Below are positions 49,124 through 58,558 of a DNA stretch of 64,000 bases, piece by piece. Location of the stretch: contig JBJKQR010000018.1 in the NCBI GenBank assembly GCA_046735395.1, positions 118,390 to 182,389 on the forward strand. Reading direction: 5' to 3'. How positions within the stretch are numbered: the stretch's first letter is position 1; every line of letters begins with the position of its first letter. The DNA is from Fidelibacterota bacterium. GTDB lineage: Bacteria; Fidelibacterota; Fidelibacteria; Fidelibacterales; DSDE01. Position numbers and translations under genes: made by a program. Under the pieces are notes generated by a model. That model made no database searches, was not told where the DNA came from, and was given only the letters and a program-made list of their open reading frames with translations.

Positions 49124-49365
49124 GATTCAAACTCCTCCAGATAGTTTAATAATTCAGTGTCGGAGGGAACTTTTCCCACACAGACAACCTTTTCATTGAT
49201 CACGAGCCCGGGTGTCATCATGATGCCATAGGCAAGAATATCATTGATATCAGTGACCTTTTCCACTTCGAATTCCAGCTGCTTCTCCTGCCTGAGCTGT
49301 AATAATTTCTGTTCAAGCCGTTTGCATTTGGGGCAGCCGCTTCCGAGGACCTTCACCTTTAACAT
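49120..49365 (-). CDS. Small redox-active disulfide protein (MTH895-like thioredoxin fold)
   Basis: KVLGSGCPKC...EKVTDI...MMTPGLVIN. Confidence 0.9.
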   Translation of the reverse strand: MLKVKVLGSGCPKCKRLEQKLLQLRQEKQLEFEVEKVTDINDILAYGIMMTPGLVINEKVVCVGKVPSDTELLNYLEEFES

Positions 49366-49387
49366 TGATTCCCCTTTTCATCTCTTT

Positions 49388-50284
49388 TCAGGCGATGATT
49401 GTTTTAGTTTCGCAGCGATCACACTCAAATTGTAAAGTAGTATGAGTGATTGCATACCTGTCGTGCAGCTGCTGTTCAATCTGCTTTTGTATTCCGGAGG
49501 TTTCGCTGACAGGCATATCCTTCACCTCAATATGCGCTTCAAGGTGTACATCCTGATCATTCAACCGCCAAATATGTATATGATGTATATTTTCCACTCC
49601 ATTGATAGATTCCACAAATTTCCTGATATCGTCCAATTCAATTCCCTCGGGGGAGGACATCATTATGATTTCGACGGATTCCTTAACAATTACGAGCGTT
49701 TCTTTCAGAATGTAAACGGAGATCAGCAGGGTCAGAACGGGATCAATCCAGGTGATCTGGAAGAATATGATGAAAACCGCACCGACAATCACGGCAATAC
49801 TTGAAATCACATCGCTGAGCAGGTGGAAATAAGCTGCCCGGATATTCAGGTTTGATCGGGAGCCTTTCTTCAGAAGGACGGTTCCGATGATATTTGCCGC
49901 CAAACCACCACTCGCAACGATCAGCATTAAATTCCCGGCTACCTGTGCAGGATGGTAGAACCTTCCGACAGCTTCTTTAATCAGGAAGAAACTGATTATG
50001 ATAAGTGTACTGGCATTAATAACGGCGGCAATGACTTCAGCCCGTTTCATGCCGAAGGTAAATCGTGCAGTATTGGGACGTTTGCTCAGACGCAGCGCGA
50101 TAAATGATATGATCATTGCAATTCCGTCACTGAAATTATGCAGCGCATCTGACATAAGCGCCAGACTGCCTGAAACGAGCCCACCGATAATTTCAGTGAG
50201 GGTAATCAGAAAATTCAGCGCCATTGTCAGAAACAGGTTCTTTTCAGACGTGAATTCACTGGAATGATCATGATGATGTGACAT
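49388..50284 (-). CDS. Cation diffusion facilitator (CzcD/ZitB-like)
   Basis: His-rich N-terminus; SLALMSDALHNFSD, HLLSD, HHIHIW, HTTLQFE. Confidence 0.93.
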   Translation of the reverse strand: MSHHHDHSSEFTSEKNLFLTMALNFLITLTEIIGGLVSGSLALMSDALHNFSDGIAMIISFIALRLSKRPNTARFTFGMKRAEVIAAVINASTLIIISFFLIKEAVGRFYHPAQVAGNLMLIVASGGLAANIIGTVLLKKGSRSNLNIRAAYFHLLSDVISSIAVIVGAVFIIFFQITWIDPVLTLLISVYILKETLVIVKESVEIIMMSSPEGIELDDIRKFVESINGVENIHHIHIWRLNDQDVHLEAHIEVKDMPVSETSGIQKQIEQQLHDRYAITHTTLQFECDRCETKTIIA

Positions 50285-50345
50285 GGTACCGCCGAAATGA
50301 ATTAAACAGCTCTGTAATAATTATGACTACGGAGCTGGCATGAGT

Positions 50346-50954
50346 TTACTTTGCCGCACAATCCTGACAGACTTTCAGATCGCCTTTGATGCGGCCATAT
50401 TCCATGACCGTCATTTCTCCGCAGACTTCACAGGCAAAACTGTCAAAACTGTCTTTTTTAGGTGCGAGATCATAATCAAATACTTCGGAAATATTCATGA
50501 GCATTTCAGCCGGAGCGCCCATCACTTTCTGAACAAGCGGTTCAACAACTTCATCAGGAACATGACTGGCCGGAATGCCTTTTTCCCGGTATACTTTGAA
50601 GAAGTCCGTCTGCTTATTCGCCAGCATGGCTTCGGCTTTGGGTGTGACCCGCACAGCTTTTCCTGTTGCTCTGTCCACCACAATGACGGCCCATTTTCCT
50701 TTATGAGTCTTCCGGATATTACCCTTGCCGAATGTCGTCCCCATGATTACCTGGAGGCCATCCGCATAACAGGTGGCACAATGGTCATCACCCAGATCGA
50801 CAAAAGCAGTGAGCTGTCCGTCTTTTGCCCGTTCCACGCCCAATTTATTCATGGCGGCAGCTCCCACTCGCAATCCCATAGGCATTGCCGGGCATTTATG
50901 TCCGTGAAATTTCTGGCCCAATTCCAGCCATTCGTTCGGATTGACAGGTGTCAT
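50346..50954 (-). CDS. FmdE-family protein with C-terminal zinc finger
   Basis: FHGHKCPAMPMG, CYADG...TFGKGN, CEVCGE...CQDC. Confidence 0.87.
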   Translation of the reverse strand: MTPVNPNEWLELGQKFHGHKCPAMPMGLRVGAAAMNKLGVERAKDGQLTAFVDLGDDHCATCYADGLQVIMGTTFGKGNIRKTHKGKWAVIVVDRATGKAVRVTPKAEAMLANKQTDFFKVYREKGIPASHVPDEVVEPLVQKVMGAPAEMLMNISEVFDYDLAPKKDSFDSFACEVCGEMTVMEYGRIKGDLKVCQDCAAK

Positions 50955-51049
50955 CGTTATTCTCCTTTACAATTAAAAATTACCATTTGTATGAAATGAA
51001 TCCTCTGGATTTTTCCTGCTTAAATTGGTTGGGTCATTGGGTTTCCTGT

Positions 51050-51805
51050 TTAACTTCCTATCGCTTCGATGAACAGTTTCAGTGCAATCACAAAAAGTAC
51101 AATGGCGTAGATAGATTTTACCCATTTGGGTTTTGCTTTCCCGCTCATAAAACTTCCGCCAAGCTGTGAACCGATGATCACGGCAATAACTACAAAAATT
51201 GTCAAGGGTCCGTTGAAATGTCCTTCAGCCATATGGCCCAGATACCCGGAAAAGGACGAAAAAGTTACGACAAATGCTGTCGTCGCGGCAGCTTCCTTTG
51301 TCTTGTATCCCATCCACATCAGGATCGGCGCGATGATAAAACCGCCGCCAATCCCCAGCAGCCCGCCAGAGAATCCGGCAAAAGCTCCGACACCCGCTCC
51401 GATGAGGGACCGTTTCCTGATGTTCATCATCTGTTCCGGTTCAGGATTCCTGGCAAAGAAAACCATCCGGACTGCCGCCGCCAGAACAGCAATTGCAAAG
51501 AGGATCAACAGCGTATCAACCGGTACAAAACCGGCTGAATAAGCTCCGACGGGTGCAAAGATCAGGGCAGAAACCGCCATGGCGGATCCGCCTCTCCAGT
51601 CAACCAGTTTCTTGCGGGCAAACGGAATCAGAGCCAGAAGCGTATTTAAACCGTTCAGCAGAAGCCCCAGGGGAATCGCGACTTCCTTTACGGAAAATCC
51701 GGCCCATTTCAGAACCGGTACGTAAATCATTCCTCCGCCAAGGCCGAGCATGGCAAACAAAAAAGAAGCCAAAAAAATGATCAGTGCTACAATGGCATAC
51801 AACAT
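51050..51805 (-). CDS. TauE/SafE (DUF81) family transporter
   Basis: Duplicated GLGGG/GIGGG motifs; hydrophobic. Confidence 0.9.
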   Translation of the reverse strand: MLYAIVALIIFLASFLFAMLGLGGGMIYVPVLKWAGFSVKEVAIPLGLLLNGLNTLLALIPFARKKLVDWRGGSAMAVSALIFAPVGAYSAGFVPVDTLLILFAIAVLAAAVRMVFFARNPEPEQMMNIRKRSLIGAGVGAFAGFSGGLLGIGGGFIIAPILMWMGYKTKEAAATTAFVVTFSSFSGYLGHMAEGHFNGPLTIFVVIAVIIGSQLGGSFMSGKAKPKWVKSIYAIVLFVIALKLFIEAIGS

Positions 51806-51815
51806 TCAAAATTCC

Positions 51816-52862
51816 TTATTGAATACCAAAATACTTTTTCCTGAACCACAGCGCCACATTGACCAGGCTGATGAGCACCGGAACTTCCACGAGAGGCCCG
51901 ATCACGGCAGCGAAGGCTTCTCCCGAATTGATACCGAAGACGGCAACGGCGACGGCAATCGCCAGCTCGAAATTATTGGAGGCCGCGGTGAAGGACAGGG
52001 TGGCCGTTTCAGCGTAAGTTGCACCGATTTTTCGTCCCATGAAAAAGGAGATGAGGAACATGATGACAAAATAAATCAGCAGCGGAATGGCGATGCGGAT
52101 CACGTCTATGGGAATTCTGATGATGACATCCCCCTTCAGGGAAAACATGACGAAAATGGTGAAGAGGAGGGCAATGAGTGTGAGGGGGCTGATTGCAGGA
52201 ATAAACCGTGTTTCGTACCAGGTTTTTCCCTTCAGCCGTATCCCGGCATATCGGGTCAGCATGCCGCCGAGAAAGGGAATGCCCAGATAAATCCCGACGC
52301 TCCGGGCGATTTCTCCGATGGAAATCTGCACGGTAAAACTGCGGAGTCCCAGCCAGGATGGCAAAATGGTCAGAAAGATATAGGCGTAGAGCGAATAGAA
52401 CAGAACCTGAAAAATGGAATTGAGGGCCACCAGGCCTGCGGCATATTCTGTGTCACCGCCGGCGAGTTCATTCCAGACGATGACCATGGCAATGCAGCGA
52501 GCCAGTCCGATAAGGATGAGTCCTGCCATATATTCAGGGTATCCGTGCAGAAAAACAACGGCCAGCGCAAACATCAGTACAGGCCCGATAACCCAGTTCT
52601 GCAGCAGGGACAGTCCGAGAATCCGCCTGTTGCGGAAGAGGTCAGGGAGTTCCTCATATTTTACTTTTGCCAGAGGCGGATACATCATGAGAATCAGCCC
52701 GATGGCGATGGGGATATTGGTGGTCCCCATCTGAAAACGGTTCCAGAAATGGCCGATACGCGGAGACGCATACCCCAGACCAACCGCGACGGCCATAGTG
52801 GCGAATATCCAAAGGGTGAGATATCGGTCGATAACCCTGAGTTTTCCGGATAAATGCTTCAT
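51816..52862 (-). CDS. acr3: ACR3 arsenite efflux transporter
   Basis: [50 protein letters not shown]. Confidence 0.96.
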   Translation of the reverse strand: MKHLSGKLRVIDRYLTLWIFATMAVAVGLGYASPRIGHFWNRFQMGTTNIPIAIGLILMMYPPLAKVKYEELPDLFRNRRILGLSLLQNWVIGPVLMFALAVVFLHGYPEYMAGLILIGLARCIAMVIVWNELAGGDTEYAAGLVALNSIFQVLFYSLYAYIFLTILPSWLGLRSFTVQISIGEIARSVGIYLGIPFLGGMLTRYAGIRLKGKTWYETRFIPAISPLTLIALLFTIFVMFSLKGDVIIRIPIDVIRIAIPLLIYFVIMFLISFFMGRKIGATYAETATLSFTAASNNFELAIAVAVAVFGINSGEAFAAVIGPLVEVPVLISLVNVALWFRKKYFGIQ

Positions 52863-53164
52863 TCCAGGCCTCCCAGCTGTCGGATTCGGGTGACAAGTGT
52901 TTCCGCCGAGGGAATGCCTTCCCGGTAATAGCGACAGGCCAGATTTCCCTTTTCCGGTTCGGGCAGCCTTTCCAGATCCATGCCGTTTACCAGCACCGTG
53001 GGCGATCCCCGGAATTTCACTTCCTCGGCCTTTGCAGGCGTTTCAACCAATATTTCCCGGTAATCCGCGTCAAGGCCGCTCAGTGAAATGGCCTCCTGCA
53101 GGCGCTGCATCATCAGATCCGAATTGGGACAACCCTGAAAATACTGCAGTTCTATTTTTATCAT
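52859..53164 (-). CDS. Small thioredoxin-like protein (DUF2703-like)
   Basis: [12 protein letters not shown]...[11 protein letters not shown]...ACRYY. Confidence 0.72.
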   Translation of the reverse strand: MIKIELQYFQGCPNSDLMMQRLQEAISLSGLDADYREILVETPAKAEEVKFRGSPTVLVNGMDLERLPEPEKGNLACRYYREGIPSAETLVTRIRQLGGLE

Positions 53165-53424
53165 TGAACACCCTGGCTGTCCTGCGAGGCGTTGAAAAGC
53201 CAGCGGCTGAGCGTGGATTTGAAGGGGATCTTGCCGCTGCTGAGGACCTTGCCGTTCACGACCAGGCCCGGTGTGACATAGATACCCAGATCAGGGAAAC
53301 GATTATAATCGGTGACTTTTTCGATATCGGCTTCCAGCTGCCCTTCCTGAACCACCTCTTCGCAGAGCTGAGCGAGTCTTTTACAGTTGGCGCATCCGCC
53401 GCCCACAACCTGTATTTTTAACAT
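53161..53424 (-). CDS. Small redox-active disulfide protein (MTH895-like), second paralog
   Basis: QVVGGGCANC...EKVTD...TPGLVVNGKV. Confidence 0.9.
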   Translation of the reverse strand: MLKIQVVGGGCANCKRLAQLCEEVVQEGQLEADIEKVTDYNRFPDLGIYVTPGLVVNGKVLSSGKIPFKSTLSRWLFNASQDSQGVQ

Positions 53425-53446
53425 ATTTATGTCCTTTCTTTGAAAA

Positions 53447-53893
53447 TCAGGGATTCGGCCCGGTTAACATGTTGACAAGGGTATGATGATAAAAGCGGCT
53501 GAAGGAGCCCAGAATCTCGTCGCGGATGCGTCGGAATTCCTGCAGAACCTGCTCCTCGCTTCCTGTGGCTTCGGCGGGATCGTCGAAACCGATGTGGAGC
53601 CGCTCCTTCACGTCACCGTGAAAGACGGGACAGCTTTCACGTGCATGGCCGCAGACGGTGATGACATAGTCCCAGGCCTGATCCCGGTAGCTGTCCACAT
53701 GAGTCGGGCGGTTTCCGGACAGATCGATGCCTTTTTCCGCCATGACCCGGACGGCTAGGGGATGAACCTGTGATGAGGGGGCGGTTCCGCCGCTGCGAAC
53801 CCACAGCCGCTCATCCATATTCCGGAGAAAGGCTTCCGCCATCTGGCTCCGGCAGCTGTTACCCGTACAAAGGATTAATATTTTTACTGTCAT
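53447..53893 (-). CDS. arsC: Arsenate reductase (LMW-PTP/thioredoxin-coupled type)
   Basis: LCTGNSCRSQMAE, VITVC...SCP, FDDP. Confidence 0.94.
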   Translation of the reverse strand: MTVKILILCTGNSCRSQMAEAFLRNMDERLWVRSGGTAPSSQVHPLAVRVMAEKGIDLSGNRPTHVDSYRDQAWDYVITVCGHARESCPVFHGDVKERLHIGFDDPAEATGSEEQVLQEFRRIRDEILGSFSRFYHHTLVNMLTGPNP

Positions 53894-53933
53894 GCCCGGT
53901 TCCTTTTTTAAAATCTGATACCTGCCCGGCCGA

Positions 53934-55238
53934 TCAGCCCTGAACCAGATATCCGTAGAAGGATCCGCTCAGGGTTGCCATGCAGATGACCAGCGCAACG
54001 AAAACAACCGTCTTCCGGGTCCCCATGATACTGCGCATGACCAGCATGCTGGGAAGAGAGAGCGCCGGGCCGGCGAGAAGCAGGGCGAGAGCAGGCCCCT
54101 GGCCCATACCCGCGTTGAGAAGTCCCTGCAGGATGGGAATTTCGGTGAGCGTGGCAAAATACATGAAGGCTCCGGCGACGGAGGCGAATAAATTGGCTAT
54201 AAAGCTGTTGCCGCCCACGAGGGAGGAAATGAAGGATGAGGGGATGAGGCCACGGCTGCTGTCCTGAAATCCGAGAAGAAATCCGGCGGCAAGCACGCCG
54301 AGAGCGAGAAGAGGCAGGATCTGCTTGGCGAAGCCCCAGCTTTCGCTAAGCCATTCCTGGGGCTTTTCTCCGCCGTAGGCGAGGAGAAGACTCAGCATAA
54401 AGGTGGCGGTGATGACGGACAGGAGAGGACTGCGGAAGATGAGGGCGACGAGGGCGACCGCAATGGCTGCGACGAGGGTGGGCAGGGGTTTCAGTTCCAC
54501 AACCCGGATCAGAGTAAAGAGCAACAGGAGGCCGAAAAGGGAGGTGATCATCCATTTATGGAGGAAAATCCAGGACCAGATGCCGCTGTCTGTTCCCACC
54601 GAACCCCAGTTGGCAAAAACCAGAATGGCGACGAGAGTAAAAAAGTGAAGGCCGGTCTTTTTCAGGGAGAATCCCGGGTCAGAGGCGCCGGTATTCATGG
54701 AAGCGCCTTTTGATGCGGACGGATTATCTTTGAATATAAACTGCATCAGGAGGCCGATAATAATGGAAAAGAGGACGGCGAAGATCACCCGGGCCAGGCC
54801 CAGCTGCCAGCCGAGAACGCGGGCGGTGAGAATGATGGCCAGAATATTGATGGCCGGGCCGCTGTAGAGAAAGGCGCTGGCGGGGCCGATGCCGGCTCCC
54901 CGTTTGTAGATCCCGCCGAAGAGCGGGAGAATGGTACAGCTGCAGACGGCCAGAACGGTGCCGGATACGGAGGCGATGCTGTAGGATATCCATTTCGGGG
55001 TCTTTGCGCCGAAATAGCGGATGACTGCATCCTGGCTGATGAATACGGCAATGACACCGGCAATGAAAAAAGCGGGAATCAGACAGAGAATCACATGTTC
55101 CCGGGCATACCATTGGGCCAGTTTAAAGGCTGACAGCAGCGCCTCATGAAAAATCGGAAGCGATACGGGCAGGTACCAGGCGGCGCCGAAGACAGTCAGC
55201 ATCCAGAACAGAGGTTTGATTTCATCCCGGAAATTCAT
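53934..55238 (-). CDS. arsP: ArsP/DUF318 family permease
   Basis: AREHVILCL, AVCSCTILP, FLYSGPAIN, YFATLTE, LLAGPALSLP. Confidence 0.85.
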   Translation of the reverse strand: MNFRDEIKPLFWMLTVFGAAWYLPVSLPIFHEALLSAFKLAQWYAREHVILCLIPAFFIAGVIAVFISQDAVIRYFGAKTPKWISYSIASVSGTVLAVCSCTILPLFGGIYKRGAGIGPASAFLYSGPAINILAIILTARVLGWQLGLARVIFAVLFSIIIGLLMQFIFKDNPSASKGASMNTGASDPGFSLKKTGLHFFTLVAILVFANWGSVGTDSGIWSWIFLHKWMITSLFGLLLLFTLIRVVELKPLPTLVAAIAVALVALIFRSPLLSVITATFMLSLLLAYGGEKPQEWLSESWGFAKQILPLLALGVLAAGFLLGFQDSSRGLIPSSFISSLVGGNSFIANLFASVAGAFMYFATLTEIPILQGLLNAGMGQGPALALLLAGPALSLPSMLVMRSIMGTRKTVVFVALVICMATLSGSFYGYLVQG

Positions 55239-55627
55239 AATACTCCTTTTGTTACACTTTCTGAGTCCAGTCCGCAGAGCTTTTCCCGCGAACAGCTGCC
55301 GAGTGACGCCCCGTCCTGCCGGATCAGGGGATCGTCATTGCCCCAGCCCCTGAGCAGGGGAATGAGATAGCGCAGATGTTCGTTGTTCAGATCGATGTTG
55401 AGGCGATAATTGACCCATTTCCCCTTCTTGTCGTCCGTGATGAGGCCTGCATCCCGGAGAATGGAGAGATGCTTGGAAACGGTGGAGGGGGCCAGGCCGA
55501 GAATGGCCGTGATTTCGCAGACGCAAAGATCCTTTTTCTCCAGCATCTTCACAATGCGGAAGCGCCCCGGATCTGAAAGGGCCCGGAAGATATCCGTGAT
55601 CTGTATTGTGTCTTTATAATTCGTCAT
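55235..55627 (-). CDS. arsR: ArsR/SmtB family transcriptional repressor
   Basis: FRALSDPGR, LCVCEI, TVSKHL, GKWVNY; start ATG 55627. Confidence 0.93.
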   Translation of the reverse strand: MTNYKDTIQITDIFRALSDPGRFRIVKMLEKKDLCVCEITAILGLAPSTVSKHLSILRDAGLITDDKKGKWVNYRLNIDLNNEHLRYLIPLLRGWGNDDPLIRQDGASLGSCSREKLCGLDSESVTKGVL

Positions 55628-55663
55628 ATAACGAAATATAAGGAGTTGGTGCGGAACTGTCAA
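55614..55663 (-). promoter_or_regulatory. arsR promoter and overlapping operator palindrome
   Basis: TTGACA (55663-55658)-17 nt-TATATT (55640-55635); inverted repeat TTATAATTCGT-6 nt-ACGAAATATAA at 55614-55641 spanning the -10 and the ATG. Confidence 0.8.
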
Positions 55664-55942
55664 ATATTAAGATAAAAGCTCATTATAAAAATATGAATTT
55701 GTCCTGCAAATTCGAAACAGATTGACCGTCACAGGTAAATTAATTTCGGATACGGCGAATTGAAGGGGGTTCTGGCTATGATATCCATCCGGGAATAGTC
55801 TGTCATCCTGACGACGAAGTGAATTAGAATATGTACGATTTAATAGGACAGACGTCTGCGAAGGTTCTTCATCCGGTAACCATCCGGATTTATGATATGA
55901 ATCATCATCCTTAACGCGTTACGTAAAGCGTCATATTTCATT

Positions 55943-56220
55943 ATGATAACGAGTTTTGCCTGCCGGGATACGGGAAAATTAATTAATGATAACTATATTC
56001 CGGCCTTTGAGCAGATCTCAAGGACGGCACGAATGAAACTGGAAATAGTAAATGCGGCTATCCGTCTTGATGACCTTCGAATTCCACCCGGGAATCACCT
56101 GGAAAAAATCAGGGGAATTTAAGTGAGTATCACAGTATTCGTATTTTCAAACAGAGGCGCATTACCTTTAAATGGGATGATAATAACGCCCATGACCTAC
56201 AAATTATTGATTATCATTGA
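55943..56220 (+). pseudogene. higB: Frameshifted HigB-type (RelE/ParE superfamily) toxin
   Basis: MITSFACRDT...LDDLRIPPGNHLEK then an early TAA; the remainder YHSIRI...ITFKW...IIDYH* lies in the -1 frame. Confidence 0.85.
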
Positions 56221-56228
56221 GGTGGGAG

Positions 56229-56519
56229 ATGGAAGACCTTGAACCGATTAAACCGGGTGAAATTTTTAAGGAAGAATTCCTGGAGCCCATGGGAATTACT
56301 CAGAGTGAATTGGCCAGGGCGTTGAAAGTGCGGCCGAACCGAATTTCTCAGATCATTTCCGGAAAGCGGGAAATTTCGGTGGATACGGCCCTGCGCTTAG
56401 GCCGGTTTTATAATGTATCTCCGGAATTCTGGCTGAATCTGCAGCAACGCTATTCCCTGAAAATCGCCCAGAGAATGACCTTTGAAAAAATTGCGAATGA
56501 CGTTCCGGTTTTCGGATAA
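56229..56519 (+). CDS. higA: HigA family antitoxin (HTH)
   Basis: PGEIFKEEFLEPMGITQSELA...TALRLGRF...FWLNLQ. Confidence 0.93.
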   Translation: MEDLEPIKPGEIFKEEFLEPMGITQSELARALKVRPNRISQIISGKREISVDTALRLGRFYNVSPEFWLNLQQRYSLKIAQRMTFEKIANDVPVFG

Positions 56520-56766
56520 GTGGCGATCCCTCTTAATACAGATTCATGTTTTACGGGTGATGTAATAATGCTCGAAGTATTCGGATAATGTGCCGGGATA
56601 TTTTGCGCTTGCGTTGCAGCGGAGGGTCACTGCGGACCGGAGCCGCAGTCTATCGCAGTTTAATATTCACTGCTTCCACTTTGACGCGGTGGAGCTGTCT
56701 GCGGGAAAAAGAATATTCTCCATGAATCTCGTTTCATAATTTATTACCATTGATAAATAACCACAT

Positions 56767-57735
56767 CTAATCTTCGCTGAGGAAATTGAGAATGAGGCCA
56801 TTGACGATGTCGGGTTTTTCCACATGAAGGCTGTGGCCTGTTCCCGGAATAATCTCAATTCTGGCATGAGGCAGCGCAATTTCCGCAGCCTGGGCCAATG
56901 CATCGGGATCCTTGTATACAATTGGTTTCCCTCCGGCAAGGATAAGAATGGGCATGGTGATATTCTGCAATTCATCCTTCGTATAAATGCGGTGTTGCGG
57001 AATGTCAAACATACCGACAGAACCGCATTCAATCACATCCAGCATATGTTCAAGCCAGACATCCGATTTTGGACTGCTGAACCCGTCTCCCATCCAGTTG
57101 AAAAAGCGTTTATGCGTTTTCCTGCTTGGAAAAATTGCAAAATCTCTAATGCCTCGCCAGGCAATGCCGCCGTCCATTTTAATAAAGGTTTCCGATGGAT
57201 CCAGCATAATCACATGATCAATGGATTCGGGGATGTCCTGAGCGAGGGCCAGACATTGCCAGCTCCCATAGGATAATCCGGCAACGGTTACATGATCATA
57301 TCCGAAAGACCGAAGGTGCTGCAGGAACCACAGTTTATAATCCAGAAATTTCTTCACTTCCTTGTCCGAAACCCTGCTTTTTCCGCCATAGCTGATCTGG
57401 TCCGGACAGATGACTCGGTAATTTTCTGACAGGGCCCCTGCATTTGCGTACCACATGGTGGCATCGGCAAATAAACCGGGGAGCAAGATGATCGGCAAAC
57501 CATCCTCCGGACCCGATACAATCACATGAGATTCACCATAATCCGTCGGGACCCAAAATTCTTCATAGGGCACAGGCCAGAATTTCATAATTTCATCATA
57601 ACTTCTGTAAGCCTGTTCCTGCGCCTGTTTATTTTTATACAGGCTTCGTGGCGCGCCCTTCCCCTTTGTTCCTGCGCAAGACGCCAGAAAAACAACGACC
57701 GCTGTCGCAGCCAGAATTCCAATAACCAACTTCAT
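56767..57735 (-). CDS. Alpha/beta hydrolase (carboxylesterase-like) lipoprotein
   Basis: Lipobox LASC; GLSYG nucleophile elbow; GTGHSL. Confidence 0.88.
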   Translation of the reverse strand: MKLVIGILAATAVVVFLASCAGTKGKGAPRSLYKNKQAQEQAYRSYDEIMKFWPVPYEEFWVPTDYGESHVIVSGPEDGLPIILLPGLFADATMWYANAGALSENYRVICPDQISYGGKSRVSDKEVKKFLDYKLWFLQHLRSFGYDHVTVAGLSYGSWQCLALAQDIPESIDHVIMLDPSETFIKMDGGIAWRGIRDFAIFPSRKTHKRFFNWMGDGFSSPKSDVWLEHMLDVIECGSVGMFDIPQHRIYTKDELQNITMPILILAGGKPIVYKDPDALAQAAEIALPHARIEIIPGTGHSLHVEKPDIVNGLILNFLSED

Positions 57736-57769
57736 TTTTCTTCTCCTTCTTTGTTAAGACGAAATAAAA

Positions 57770-57830
57770 TAAACAAACGTTTATTTAAATACAATGAAAA
57801 AGTGTGGAATTATAAACAAACGTTTGTTAA
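57770..57830. promoter_or_regulatory. Two palindromic operators between the divergent hydrolase and TetR genes
   Basis: TAAACAAACGTTTATTTA (57770-57787) and perfect AACAAACGTTTGTT (57815-57828). Confidence 0.75.
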
Positions 57831-57858
57831 TATTAATGAAAAAAAGAAGGAATTATTG

Positions 57859-58494
57859 ATGGGGAGACCCAAAAAAGATGAAATGAACCCTGTCCCAACC
57901 CGGGCCCGGATTTTATCCAAAGCAATGGAATTGTTTTCCCAAAAAGGGTTTGATGCCGTATCTGTTAGGGATATTACGAAAGCGTTGGGACTGAATCCGG
58001 CGACGCTTTACATATACTTTGATAATAAGGATGCGCTGCTTCAGGCTATTTTTGACCGGTTTGAGGAAAATCTTATTATTCCTGCATTCAAGGTGCCGCC
58101 CGTGGAGTATTTTCAGAGTGATGAGAATTTTGATTTGAAAAGCTTTCTGATCAAGGGAGCGGATATTTTCTTCGGCCGTGTTGACGATGAGACACGTCTG
58201 ACCTGGAGAATATTAATGATGAGTCAGTATCGTTTTACATCTGCCCGCGACGGAGTGATGGCACAGATCGTTCAGCCCCCTCAGGCGTTTTTTTCTGCCC
58301 TGTTGAAGAATGTTCAGACTGCGGGTAAACTGAACGGGGATATTGATACCCTGAGTGCAGGAAGAATGCTTGCGGCTATCTATTTTGATTTTTCCTTCAG
58401 AGCGAATCTTGCCATTGCCTGGACCGGTGTGAGCGAGACAGATTTTTCTGATCTCCATACCGATATCTCGACGTTCGTTTCGCTTTTAGTCTGA
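57859..58494 (+). CDS. TetR/AcrR family regulator
   Basis: MGRP...RILSKAMELFSQKGFDAVSVRDI...TLYIYFDNKDAL; ATG 57859. Confidence 0.93.
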   Translation: MGRPKKDEMNPVPTRARILSKAMELFSQKGFDAVSVRDITKALGLNPATLYIYFDNKDALLQAIFDRFEENLIIPAFKVPPVEYFQSDENFDLKSFLIKGADIFFGRVDDETRLTWRILMMSQYRFTSARDGVMAQIVQPPQAFFSALLKNVQTAGKLNGDIDTLSAGRMLAAIYFDFSFRANLAIAWTGVSETDFSDLHTDISTFVSLLV

Positions 58495-58558
58495 AGGGAT
58501 TTATTTATTTTAATATTCCAAACCAGAGTTATCATATCCTGATAATATTACAAAAGAT

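Noticed and set aside
51750..52853. 367-aa plus-strand ORF
   Set aside because: Antisense to acr3; shadow of hydrophobic codon usage
47971..55627. Selenocysteine recoding in the ars/thioredoxin genes
   Set aside because: The redox motifs use Cys codons; the TGA stops sit at expected C-termini or in ATGA overlaps
56625..56700. Hairpin ACTGCGG-N7-CCGCAGT and a neighbouring stem as a REP element or ncRNA
   Set aside because: Single occurrence in the window; explainable as a terminator-like structure between convergent genes
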